From NCBI GenBank assembly GCA_026391555.1, contig JAPLEB010000122.1:8778-72777 (forward strand): 64,000 bases of DNA, in the 5' to 3' direction. Origin of the DNA: Bacteroidia bacterium. Its GTDB lineage: Bacteria; Bacteroidota; Bacteroidia; Bacteroidales; VadinHA17. The position numbers and the translations under genes were made by a program. Shown here piece after piece: positions 19,511 to 28,779 of the stretch (position 1 is its first letter; each line of letters starts with the position of its first letter). The notes under the pieces were generated by a model. That model was not told the DNA's origin. It was given only the letters and a program-made list of their open reading frames with translations, and did not search any database.

Positions 19511-19878
19511 CTCCGATCAATCGGCAATTCGACTTCTACCTGGAAGACATGCTCAAATCTATGTTAAGAATTACTGAGTATATTGACGGTAAAAAATTTA
19601 CTGATTTTAAGAAAGACTATATGCTTGTTGATGCTGTTGTGAGAAATTTTGAAATTATTGGCGAAGCATCAAAAAATATTCCCTTGGTAATTCAAAAAAA
19701 ATACCCCGAGATTCCTTGGAAGAAAATGTATGGGCTTAGGAATTTAATATCACACGAATATTTTGGAATAGACTACGAGATGTTATGGGAAATTGCTTCT
19801 GTCAGCCTTCCTCAGAATATTCAAGATTTGGAAAGATTAATAGAGGGACATAGAAATACGCGCAGCAACACGCGTTAA
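19507..19878 (+). CDS. HepT (DUF86, HEPN-domain) toxin
   Basis: 123 aa with RNLISHEYFGID, the HEPN Rx4HxY motif. A 4-nt ATGA overlap joins it to the MNT gene. Confidence 0.85.
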   Translation: MTPINRQFDFYLEDMLKSMLRITEYIDGKKFTDFKKDYMLVDAVVRNFEIIGEASKNIPLVIQKKYPEIPWKKMYGLRNLISHEYFGIDYEMLWEIASVSLPQNIQDLERLIEGHRNTRSNTR

Positions 19879-19982
19879 GGCCGATGCCTTGCTCCGTCTT
19901 ATAAGGACATCTTTTGTTTAAATATCCTATTCGAAAAAACGACAATATATCTATTAATGCCGGCGCCGGCCCTACCGCCGTC

Positions 19983-20256
19983 CGTCAGACTGTCTAATAA
20001 CCTGCCTTTTTTGTTGATAACTATGAGGCTGGTGATTCTTCAATTAACGCCGGGTTAAAGTCCCTCAAACCTGATCATTTCGCTGTTTTTGAGCACAATA
20101 GACCACCACAGATCAAAAATCAGCTCCTTTCAGACTACTTTTTTCCGGTTAGAAGTTTGGGACAGAAAATTTACGTGGTCGCCGGTACCGGCTTAAATCA
20201 AATGAAAAATTATGGAATAAAAAAGGTTATTGGACAAACTGGCGTTAGGGCGCATA
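19983..20256 (+). mobile_element. MITE-like repeat, copy B
   Basis: Same orientation as copy A, at an offset of exactly 1086 bp at both ends. TIRs lie at 19983-20002 and 20225-20244. Confidence 0.6.
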
Positions 20257-20388
20257 ATGAGGATGACCACAATTCGTACATTGTCAATTTCTGGTTACAA
20301 TATTTTCAAGATATTAATAATTAAGGCATAATTTTTGTTATATAATTCATCATCAAAGCTCAAGAATTAATAATAAATACCTGACAAA

Positions 20389-21006
20389 ATGAAAAAATCT
20401 ATTTTATTATGGCTTTCAGCATGGTTTATTGCCATCTCATTAGCAGCACAGACTTATCCTTCTGCTTCAAATAGCAAATCAGGGACTTTAGTTTTAATTG
20501 ATGGAAAAGTATGTAATACTGAATTAAATTCCATTGATCCAAAACTTGTAGAATCAGTAACGGTATTAAAAGGCCAAGAAGCAATGAATATTTATGGGGA
20601 ATCAGGTAGAAATGGTGTTATACTTGTGACTACAAATCAACCAAATTCAGATAGAAAATTAGATTCAGAAATTTTGGTTATAGTTAATGGGAAAGTCTGT
20701 AGCACTGGTTTGAATTTGATTGATCCAAAGAGGATAGAATCTGTATCCGTATTAAAAGATCAAGCAGCATTGAAGATCTATGGTGAAGCTGGGAAAAAAG
20801 GTGTGATTCTGGTGACATTGACAAATGAAAAACAAAACTCAGAGTCAGAGGCTTTGGTTATAGTTAATGGAGAAGTATGGTATACTGGATTTAATTCGAT
20901 TGATCCAAAACGTGTAGAATCACTAGCAGTATTAAAAGATCAAGCAGCATTTAATCTCTATGGCGAAGCAGGGAAAAACGGCGTAATACTTGTAACTACC
21001 AAATAA
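20389..21006 (+). CDS. Secreted protein made of three tandem ~60-aa plug-like modules
   Basis: A signal peptide is followed by three repeats starting near 20485, 20671 and 20851. Each reads (L/I)V(L/I)(I/V)(D/N)GK...IDPK.(V/I)ES(V/L).VLK(G/D)Q(E/A)A...YGE(S/A)G(R/K).GVILVT. This resembles the IxVLKDAxAxAxYGxRGANGVIxITTK motif of TonB-dependent receptor plugs. Confidence 0.7.
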   Translation: MKKSILLWLSAWFIAISLAAQTYPSASNSKSGTLVLIDGKVCNTELNSIDPKLVESVTVLKGQEAMNIYGESGRNGVILVTTNQPNSDRKLDSEILVIVNGKVCSTGLNLIDPKRIESVSVLKDQAALKIYGEAGKKGVILVTLTNEKQNSESEALVIVNGEVWYTGFNSIDPKRVESLAVLKDQAAFNLYGEAGKNGVILVTTK

Positions 21007-21065
21007 CCAACCTATATATCTTGACTACTAATAACGAAAGCCTAACACGGTCAGTGCTATCGGGA

Positions 21066-21095
21066 GTCTTTTATCTTCTGCATGAATAATGCAGG
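21066..21095 (+). repeat. 30-nt exact repeat, left copy
   Basis: GTCTTTTATCTTCTGCATGAATAATGCAGG is identical to 57734-57763. It contains the hairpin CTGCA-TGAATAA-TGCAG and ends 22 nt before the ATG at 21118. Confidence 0.8.
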
Positions 21096-21117
21096 TTAAA
21101 CCCTAATAATAATTTCT

Positions 21118-21468
21118 ATGAAAAAGTTAATCCTAATTTTTGTAACCATTGTTCTGATAATGAGTTGTGAAAAGCATGATAACACCTGCAACTGCGACAA
21201 TCCATTGGACGATCTTGCATGGCTCAAAGAATTAAAATCATCATTCACTAATTGTACCTGCAGGATGGCGATAATTCAAGCCACTTATAATAAACAGACA
21301 GTTTTTTATAGCACAATGAATGATCCCTTATGCGATGGGTATTATCCTATCAACTTACTTGATTGCAACGGGAACTCGATAAAAGTGTACGAACCCCCAC
21401 TTGGAGAAACCTTTAGTAATGAGGTGACAGATCGAAAGGAATTGTACAGTTGCAAGACAAAAAAATAA
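21118..21468 (+). CDS. Small Cys-rich lipoprotein, unknown function
   Basis: 116 aa with the lipobox LIMSC, further cysteines, and the motif DDLAWLKEL. Confidence 0.5.
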   Translation: MKKLILIFVTIVLIMSCEKHDNTCNCDNPLDDLAWLKELKSSFTNCTCRMAIIQATYNKQTVFYSTMNDPLCDGYYPINLLDCNGNSIKVYEPPLGETFSNEVTDRKELYSCKTKK

Positions 21469-21590
21469 TGCCGGCCGCTAATAAAGAGGACTTCATGTGG
21501 CATGAGGTACTCGTTTTTTGGGGTGGGATTTAGAGCAACTTAAATTACATATTTATAAAATTTTATATAGGCTTATTTTTTATTGAAGTA

Positions 21591-24500
21591 TTATTTTTTT
21601 TTGTATTTAGACATATATTCTGTTGGGGACATCTTATAATAAGACTTGAACCATTTCGAAAAATACAGTGGACTTGAATGGCCAATGTCATATGCGATTT
21701 CAGAGATATTCAGATCGGATTCGAGTAAAAGCTGAGTAGCTCTTTTTAACCTTACAGAATCTACAAAATCTTTTCCGGTTGTGCCAGTTAAAGATTTTAT
21801 TTTTCTGAAAAACGTGGACCGGCTCATTCCTAAAGAATCTGCAATGAAATTAATGTTCAGATCGGGTTCGCCAATATGCTCATTAATATAGTCCAATAAA
21901 TTATTCATAAACTGCTCATCTTTGCTATTTGTAGTAATCTCTTTTAAATGAGAATATTGGTTAGAGCTAAAAAGTTTTCTTAACTTCTCTCTCGACTCAA
22001 TTACTTTTTTAATTCTGAGACTTAGAAGTTTTATATTAAAAGGCTTTGGAATAAAGTAATCGGCTCCGATTTCGATACTTTCATATTGGCTATCTGAATC
22101 CCCTCTTGCCGTTAATAAAATTACTGGTATGTGCGAGGTGCTAATATTATTTTTAATTTTAGTACAAAATTCAAATCCGTCCATCTCAGGCATTACAATA
22201 TCGCTTAATATTACATCAGGCTGATTCTGAATTGCCATTTCAAATCCTATTTTCCCATTTGGTGCAACAATAACATTATATATTTCTGAAAGGTAATGGC
22301 TAACATCATGAAGTAATTCTTTGTTATCATCAACAATTAGTATTTGAGCTTTTGTTGAGTCTGAATTAGCGATTTCATAATTTGGAATATCAATTGTTTC
22401 ATTTATTATCTTCTGCTTTTCAAGACTTTCAACAATAGAGCTGAAATCTGTTTTCCAGATTACTTTATCTGCCTTGTCCCCGCTCGAGTATAATGATTCA
22501 TTCATTGGCAAACTGATGGTAAAACTCGATCCCTTGTAAGGTTCACTGGTTACAGTAATGAATCCCTTATGTAATTCGATAAGATTTTTTGAAATCGACA
22601 ATCCAATCCCAAATCCCTTTTCATAAGACTCTGTATTTCCCCCGAAATGATAAAACCGGTCGAAAATCCTGGGTAAATGTTCTTTGGCAATTCCTATTCC
22701 GTTATCAATTACGTTTATATCAAGAAAATCCATATTCTCTGAAGGATTAACTATAATCTTAACAAAGCCACCACTTTTGGTATATTTTAATGCGTTGGAA
22801 ATAAAGTTGAAAAGTACTTTTTCCAGTGCATTGGCATCAAACCAAAGAGAGACCTCCTGCTTATAACTTTCAATAGTTAGGGAAATATTCAATTTTTCGG
22901 CCAACGATTCAAAAGCACGAATAACGTTCCTGATAAATTGAACTATGTCATCTTCTCTAACATTAATCTGGTAATTACCTGTTTCAATTTTGCTAATTTC
23001 CAATAGCTCATTAGTGAGTTGTAACATTCGGTTTACATTTCTGTTAATCGTGACAACTTCTTTTTCTTGCTCCTTATTTAATTTAAAATTCGTAATAAAT
23101 TTTTCAACTGAACAAACAATTAAGGTTAACGGAGTCCTGATTTCATGCGAAATATTTATAAAAAACTGAAGCTTTGCCTCATTAATCTTTTCAATATGAT
23201 CGTGATATTCTTTTTTCAATATTTGTTCGTGTTTCCTATTTACTCTTCTTTTTGTAATTATTGCAACCAATATTATCAGAGATAAAAGCAAAAAGGTATA
23301 AATTGTAAAAGCAGGAAATGTAAGCCAAAAAGAAGGTTGTATTTCAACTGGTATCGAATTATACTTTGAGCTCCAAACACCATCTTCGTTTGAAGCTTTT
23401 ATTTTAAAAGTATAGTTCCCCTTTGGCAGATTTGTATATTCTGCAGTTCTTCTATCTGCTGTAGTGTAAATCCAATCTTTATCGTAACCATCCAGGATAT
23501 AGGCATAGCTACATTTCGACGGATTTACATAATTAAAAGATATAAAATCAAACTTTATATTATTTTCAAAATAAGCCAAACTCAATAAACTTGAACCATT
23601 AATTTCTCTTATTTTTTTTACACTTACTCCATTGATAAGGACATCCTTGATTACTACTTGTTCAACAAAATCATTTAGAATTAATTTATCAGGCGAAAAT
23701 TCGGACACCCCATTTATCCCTCCAAAGTACATCCTGCCATTACGATCAACACAAGAAGCATGTTCAACAAATTCATTATCCTGAATACCGTCATTAATAT
23801 CATAAATGATATTTTTATGTGACAATTTATTAAATCGGACCAATCCTCTATTCGTTCCAAGCCAAAGATTTTCGTGTTCATCACTTCTAATAGATTGAAT
23901 CATGTTGCTTGGCAAACCGTCTTTAGTAGAATAAATATCAACTTCATTAATTGCACCCGAAGAGAATAATTTAAGATAGGCAAGCCCATTCCTTGTGGCA
24001 ACCCAGCAATTATTATTTCCATCGAAATGGACATCGCAAATATAATTGCTTAATAAGATGCTATCTTTCAGCTGTTGGTAAATTAAAACAAATTCCTTGA
24101 TATTATTTTTGTCATCTAATACAGCTTTTACTAATCCACTCTTTTCATAGCCTATCCATACACAATTATTTCTAATATCATATTTTACACACCGAATTGT
24201 GTTTTGGGATTTTGAGTCCAATAGTAATTCGTTATTAAAACTTTCGATCTTCGATGCTTTATAATTATCTGTTAAATCAAAGCTTATAAGTCTGGAACCT
24301 GTGCCTATCCAGTATCTGTTCGATTTATTACAAATAGAAAAAACTATACCGGTTATTTCATTATCTATTAAGATTTTCTCCGCCTTTATCTTCTCTCTGT
24401 TGTAGCTTATCAGATATAATCCATCGGAACAGCCAGCTAAAAAATGTTTATCATCGATTTCCGACAATGCAAAAACAGAAGTATTTCTTAATAACGATTT

Positions 24501-25703
24501 TACTACTTCTTGTTTTTCAATATCATAAATGTACAAACCTTCAAAAAGGGTTCCAATCCATAATCTATTGAATGAATCTTTACTTATTGACCTGACTGAA
24601 GTGTTACTTGAATTATCAGTAATTTGATAATTTTTAAATTTAATACCTGATCTATTATAAAAAAAGACCCCGTTGCCCAATGATCCCAACCATAAGGTAT
24701 TATCGCGTGATTTATATATGCTTCTTATCTTTTGACTTTGTAACTCGTATTTGCTTAATTTGTATGGTATTATAATGTTATTTCCCAAATCCTCCTTTGG
24801 TATTATTATAACTCCATCGCTTCTTGAAGTTATCCATAAATTTTTTTCATTGTCTTGCAAAATATCTGTTATTCTTTGAAAATAAACAGGGCTATTCAAC
24901 GTGGGATAAATCTTTGTCGAAGTATATTTCCCTTTATTTTTAATGATTTTATACAAGCCGTGCATTGCTGTTCCCACCCATATATTTGAAAAATTATCTT
25001 TATAGAAAGAAGTTATTTCAATATTTGTATTCTTGTCAATTTCAATTTCATCTATAACTAGTAGCTTGTTCCCCGCTATTTTTGAGGCAATAACATGATT
25101 ATTCGCAGTTAGCCAATAGGTGTTATCTACATCTTTATTATATATTTTTATTGACTGCAGGTTTAAATCGGACTCTAATTTGTGGCAATAGTTTCCTCCA
25201 CAGACTTTATTTGCTATTTCTTCTGAAAAAAGACTATCAACCGGATTAATTTCCCACAACCCTTCATTGCTGCTTGCCAGAATTTTACCGTCTATAAATT
25301 TCATTGATAGAATAGTCTGATTGAAAATACCCTCTTTTGATTTGTATTTACTCAGGTTAAAAAAATGTTCTTTAACAGGATTATATACTGAGATTCCTTC
25401 AAAAGTGGCGATCCATATATTTCCTATCGAGTCTTGAACAATTGCCTCTATGGTATTCCCTGAAAGATCTGTTTTGGAATCACCCCTGTAAAAAGTTTTC
25501 ATTTCGAAGCCATCGAATCGGTTCAGCCCGTAATGTGTGCCAAACCACATATACCCCTCCCTGTCCTGGGAAATGGCAATAACCCCATTTTGAGACAAGC
25601 CTTTCTTATTGTCTATATTCTTAAAAACAATTTGACTTTTATCAATTCCAAACAAACTGGAAAAACAAAAAACTATGAACAATATGAGGATACTTCTGGC
25701 CAA
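21591..25703 (-). CDS. Hybrid two-component system regulator (propeller/Y_Y_Y sensor - HisKA - HATPase - receiver - AraC HTH)
   Basis: 1370 aa. Repeated WIGT/WFGT/WVAT propeller motifs precede a TM segment. Then come ISHEIRTPLTLI (H-box), DNGIGI, ILIVDDNKEL...SDIVMPEMDGFE (receiver) and a C-terminal AraC HTH (IAYDIGHSSPLYFSKWFK). The start appears to be a TTG at 25703, with an in-frame TAA two codons upstream and no nearby ATG. Confidence 0.9.
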   Translation of the reverse strand: MARSILILFIVFCFSSLFGIDKSQIVFKNIDNKKGLSQNGVIAISQDREGYMWFGTHYGLNRFDGFEMKTFYRGDSKTDLSGNTIEAIVQDSIGNIWIATFEGISVYNPVKEHFFNLSKYKSKEGIFNQTILSMKFIDGKILASSNEGLWEINPVDSLFSEEIANKVCGGNYCHKLESDLNLQSIKIYNKDVDNTYWLTANNHVIASKIAGNKLLVIDEIEIDKNTNIEITSFYKDNFSNIWVGTAMHGLYKIIKNKGKYTSTKIYPTLNSPVYFQRITDILQDNEKNLWITSRSDGVIIIPKEDLGNNIIIPYKLSKYELQSQKIRSIYKSRDNTLWLGSLGNGVFFYNRSGIKFKNYQITDNSSNTSVRSISKDSFNRLWIGTLFEGLYIYDIEKQEVVKSLLRNTSVFALSEIDDKHFLAGCSDGLYLISYNREKIKAEKILIDNEITGIVFSICNKSNRYWIGTGSRLISFDLTDNYKASKIESFNNELLLDSKSQNTIRCVKYDIRNNCVWIGYEKSGLVKAVLDDKNNIKEFVLIYQQLKDSILLSNYICDVHFDGNNNCWVATRNGLAYLKLFSSGAINEVDIYSTKDGLPSNMIQSIRSDEHENLWLGTNRGLVRFNKLSHKNIIYDINDGIQDNEFVEHASCVDRNGRMYFGGINGVSEFSPDKLILNDFVEQVVIKDVLINGVSVKKIREINGSSLLSLAYFENNIKFDFISFNYVNPSKCSYAYILDGYDKDWIYTTADRRTAEYTNLPKGNYTFKIKASNEDGVWSSKYNSIPVEIQPSFWLTFPAFTIYTFLLLSLIILVAIITKRRVNRKHEQILKKEYHDHIEKINEAKLQFFINISHEIRTPLTLIVCSVEKFITNFKLNKEQEKEVVTINRNVNRMLQLTNELLEISKIETGNYQINVREDDIVQFIRNVIRAFESLAEKLNISLTIESYKQEVSLWFDANALEKVLFNFISNALKYTKSGGFVKIIVNPSENMDFLDINVIDNGIGIAKEHLPRIFDRFYHFGGNTESYEKGFGIGLSISKNLIELHKGFITVTSEPYKGSSFTISLPMNESLYSSGDKADKVIWKTDFSSIVESLEKQKIINETIDIPNYEIANSDSTKAQILIVDDNKELLHDVSHYLSEIYNVIVAPNGKIGFEMAIQNQPDVILSDIVMPEMDGFEFCTKIKNNISTSHIPVILLTARGDSDSQYESIEIGADYFIPKPFNIKLLSLRIKKVIESREKLRKLFSSNQYSHLKEITTNSKDEQFMNNLLDYINEHIGEPDLNINFIADSLGMSRSTFFRKIKSLTGTTGKDFVDSVRLKRATQLLLESDLNISEIAYDIGHSSPLYFSKWFKSYYKMSPTEYMSKYKKK

Positions 25704-25990
25704 TATTTTTTAATTGATCGGAAGTTATAAGAAATTAATGATATAACCATATTTCCCAGAAAAATTGCAAGTAAATCGCCTTTATCATTTCAGGACTTTT
25801 TCTCTGTAATTATCATCCAATAAGGCATTAAGCCTTTTTATTATTCATTAAACGAATTTTCCTTTTCAAGCAAAGTCAATGCGATCTTTAGAATAATATT
25901 TAATTTATAGGTGATTCACTTTGGGATCCATGGTTTCTCCCCTGTCCTACACCCCCAAGGAGCTTATTAGCGGCTGTGCTTTGATATTGG

Positions 25991-27643
25991 TTAAGAAAAT
26001 GTTGTTTTTGTCTTCTCCTTTTTTCCCTTCTTTTCTTCTTTATCGTTCTTCTCTTTCGGGCCTACTGTTGGAACATTTTTAGTTGCCCATTCATCATACA
26101 ATTTCACTAATTCTTGAAATTTATCCGGATATTTTGCTTTTAGATCGTTGGTTTCGTTTCTGTCAGTTTGCATATCGTATAGCGCCCAAACATCACTAAT
26201 GGCTACAGCTTTCCAGTTTCCAACCCTTATGGCTTTGCCTTTTGCCCATTGCCAGAAAATCGGTTTCTGGCGCTCTTTAATTGTTTCCCCTTTCAATGCT
26301 GGCAGGAAACTCTCGCCTTGCATGGGAACAATTTCCTGATTTCTGAAATGGGTAGGATAGGAAGCTCCGGTAATATCTTTGAATGTAGCCAGTATGTCCA
26401 CAAAGTGAAGAGGTTGAGTGTTAATCGTTCCTTCTTGCCTGATTTTTTTTGGCCACCAGGCAATAAATGGAGTACAAATTCCACCTTCGTAACTCGAATT
26501 TTTATAGTACCGGTAGGGCGTATTGCATACGTTGGCCCAATTTTCTTTCAGCGATGCCCAATAAGCCAAAGTTCCTGGTTCTCCTGTTCCCTTAGGATTT
26601 TTGATATTCCCTTCAGCATTTTCGGCACAAGCACCGTTGTCAGACGCGAAAAGAATTAAGGTATTATCCAGTTTTCCGGTCTCCTCTAACTTCTTCAGTA
26701 ATTTTCCTATATTTTGATCGATACGATCTATCATTGCAGCATAAATGGACATTCTTAAATCTTCCTGATCTTTTTCTTCTTCGGTAAGCGATTCCCAGTC
26801 TATTGCTGTTTGTTCTGATAATTTCATACTTTGATCCACCATTCCTAATTCGAGCATTTTCTTGTACCGTGCATCGCGAATAGTTTTATAACCGGCCTTG
26901 TATTTACCTCTGTATTTTGCTATATCCTCCGGCCATGCCATCAACGGGTCATGTGGTGCAGTATATGCCAAATAAAGGAAAAACGGTTTGTTTTCGCTTT
27001 TATATTCATCTAAAAAGGATATTGCATATTTGGTGAAATAATCTGTTGAATAAAAATCCTTAGGGGGTGTATACGGATGATAGGATTTATCATCAATGTT
27101 CCATGTGTCTGGTCCGCCTTTAAATATCGGAACCGGTTCATCCATACGTTGTTCACCGGGATTAAAGTGGTTGGTCGCTCCTCCCCAGAATTCGTACACA
27201 CGATCAAATCCAAAGTTATAAAGGCTGGTTTTACTATGGTTTTTACCAGAAAGGAATGTTCTATATCCCACAGTTCTCAATAAATCGCCAATCGAAATGG
27301 TATTTTTAAAACTATCAGGATTCTGGCTCATGCCGCTCTGTTGTGCATACACGCCTGTAAGTAAACATGCTCTCGAAGGAAAACATTTAGCCGTATTGTG
27401 CATCTGGGTAAAACGAATACCGTTATGAGCCAACTTATCCAGATTCGGTGTGTTAATTTCGCCTCCGTAACAGCCAAGATCAGAATAGCCCATATCATCT
27501 GCCAGAATCATAATTATATTAGGTTTTTCTGGTTTATTATTTTTTTCGGCTTTTATTTTTGTCTCCGTTTCCTTCGAAAAGCCTGAAATGGAAACAAAAA
27601 ATGAAAATAAAAGTGAAATGTAGGTTCGTATTTTTAATTGCAT
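25991..27643 (-). CDS. S1-family sulfatase, Cys-type
   Basis: 550 aa with a signal peptide, IIMILADDMGYSDLGCYGG and the formylglycine motif CFPSRACLLTG. Confidence 0.9.
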   Translation of the reverse strand: MQLKIRTYISLLFSFFVSISGFSKETETKIKAEKNNKPEKPNIIMILADDMGYSDLGCYGGEINTPNLDKLAHNGIRFTQMHNTAKCFPSRACLLTGVYAQQSGMSQNPDSFKNTISIGDLLRTVGYRTFLSGKNHSKTSLYNFGFDRVYEFWGGATNHFNPGEQRMDEPVPIFKGGPDTWNIDDKSYHPYTPPKDFYSTDYFTKYAISFLDEYKSENKPFFLYLAYTAPHDPLMAWPEDIAKYRGKYKAGYKTIRDARYKKMLELGMVDQSMKLSEQTAIDWESLTEEEKDQEDLRMSIYAAMIDRIDQNIGKLLKKLEETGKLDNTLILFASDNGACAENAEGNIKNPKGTGEPGTLAYWASLKENWANVCNTPYRYYKNSSYEGGICTPFIAWWPKKIRQEGTINTQPLHFVDILATFKDITGASYPTHFRNQEIVPMQGESFLPALKGETIKERQKPIFWQWAKGKAIRVGNWKAVAISDVWALYDMQTDRNETNDLKAKYPDKFQELVKLYDEWATKNVPTVGPKEKNDKEEKKGKKEKTKTTFS

Positions 27644-27644
27644 G

Positions 27645-28469
27645 TTATTTATTATTAGAGTTCAATAATACTAAATTAGCTCTTAGACAGATGTTTATAA
27701 ATGCAGCCGAAGTCCATAGTTGCTGTCCGGAGCCAGAAATTAAACCTGATGGGAGTTGAACTTTTTCGTGAAATGAACCGAATCCACCCCATTCAGTATT
27801 TCTATTTTCAGATAGTTTGGTGCCCATTGTGCGGGCAAGTAATGCTGCATTATATCCTGTATAGTCCTTACCATCAGCAATTTCCGGATGAGTTTTAAAT
27901 AAATCATCAACTGCCCAAATCCACACAACATCATCCGTGCGACGAGTTATACTATTGCTTTTGTACTGTGCCATTACCTGTTTTACATCATCTGTGATTA
28001 CCTCCCAAGGAGCATTGATTTCTTTTATAACTTCTTTACTGGAAACTTTATACCCTAACCTGGAAGCTACAATTCGTGTTACCTTCAGTGATTGCAACAT
28101 CTCTTGCGGGTAAAGAGCATTAAGTCCCAAAATACCTGCAAAAGAAATGTCACGAGTATAAACACGATCTGTATAACGTCGTCCTGCTGCAAAATAAGTT
28201 CCATAATTGTTACTTATCATGTTTTGCTCAACGTCATTCAAGGCAATTTTCCACATCTTATTTGTCAGTGGAGTTGCATTTTTTTTCAGACTAATGCTGC
28301 ATTTAGGGTCAACAACCGGCAAATCTTCGACCTTAAACCTACCCAACCCATCGGTCAACGAGTTTTCTGTTAGAACTAATGGAGGAGTGCTATATAATAA
28401 TTTTGGTTCATTTTTACGAGTACACAATAAAAAAGAGCACAGAATAATCAATGTTGTTTTTGCTATCAT
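27645..28469 (-). CDS. Secreted hypothetical protein (possible alpha/alpha-barrel glycosidase-like)
   Basis: 274 aa with a signal/lipobox (SFLLCTRK). The motifs YTDRVYTRDISFAG and QQLWTSAAFI recall (alpha/alpha)6 glycosidases. It ends 1 nt from the sulfatase start. Confidence 0.45.
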   Translation of the reverse strand: MIAKTTLIILCSFLLCTRKNEPKLLYSTPPLVLTENSLTDGLGRFKVEDLPVVDPKCSISLKKNATPLTNKMWKIALNDVEQNMISNNYGTYFAAGRRYTDRVYTRDISFAGILGLNALYPQEMLQSLKVTRIVASRLGYKVSSKEVIKEINAPWEVITDDVKQVMAQYKSNSITRRTDDVVWIWAVDDLFKTHPEIADGKDYTGYNAALLARTMGTKLSENRNTEWGGFGSFHEKVQLPSGLISGSGQQLWTSAAFINICLRANLVLLNSNNK

Positions 28470-28779
28470 AATCTTTTCAGAATAAAAATTTATTCACAAA
28501 TAAAACAAATACCCTCATTACATACCTGTCGAAAAAATTTCATTAATGCAGTGAATTTGTATCATTGTATCTATAAGATGTTCATCAACTCAGATTTCAG
28601 AAAAACAAAAAGAAACCTGCATATTCGTTAATAAGCTCCACTGAGTTTGTGAATTGTATAGCATAGCTATGATAAAAATTTAAAAATTGAAACAAAACAA
28701 CCATGTATTTGAGACTTTATCATAAGGTATTTGAGTACATCAGTTACTAATTTTACAACTATAAATTTTAATTCGAAAA

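Noticed and set aside
18537-21500. Integrase-bearing genomic island or prophage at the tRNA 3-prime side
   Set aside because: No integrase, recombinase or phage-like ORF is present, and I found no direct repeat of the tRNA 3-prime end. Only the MITE-flanked TA pair and small secreted proteins lie here.
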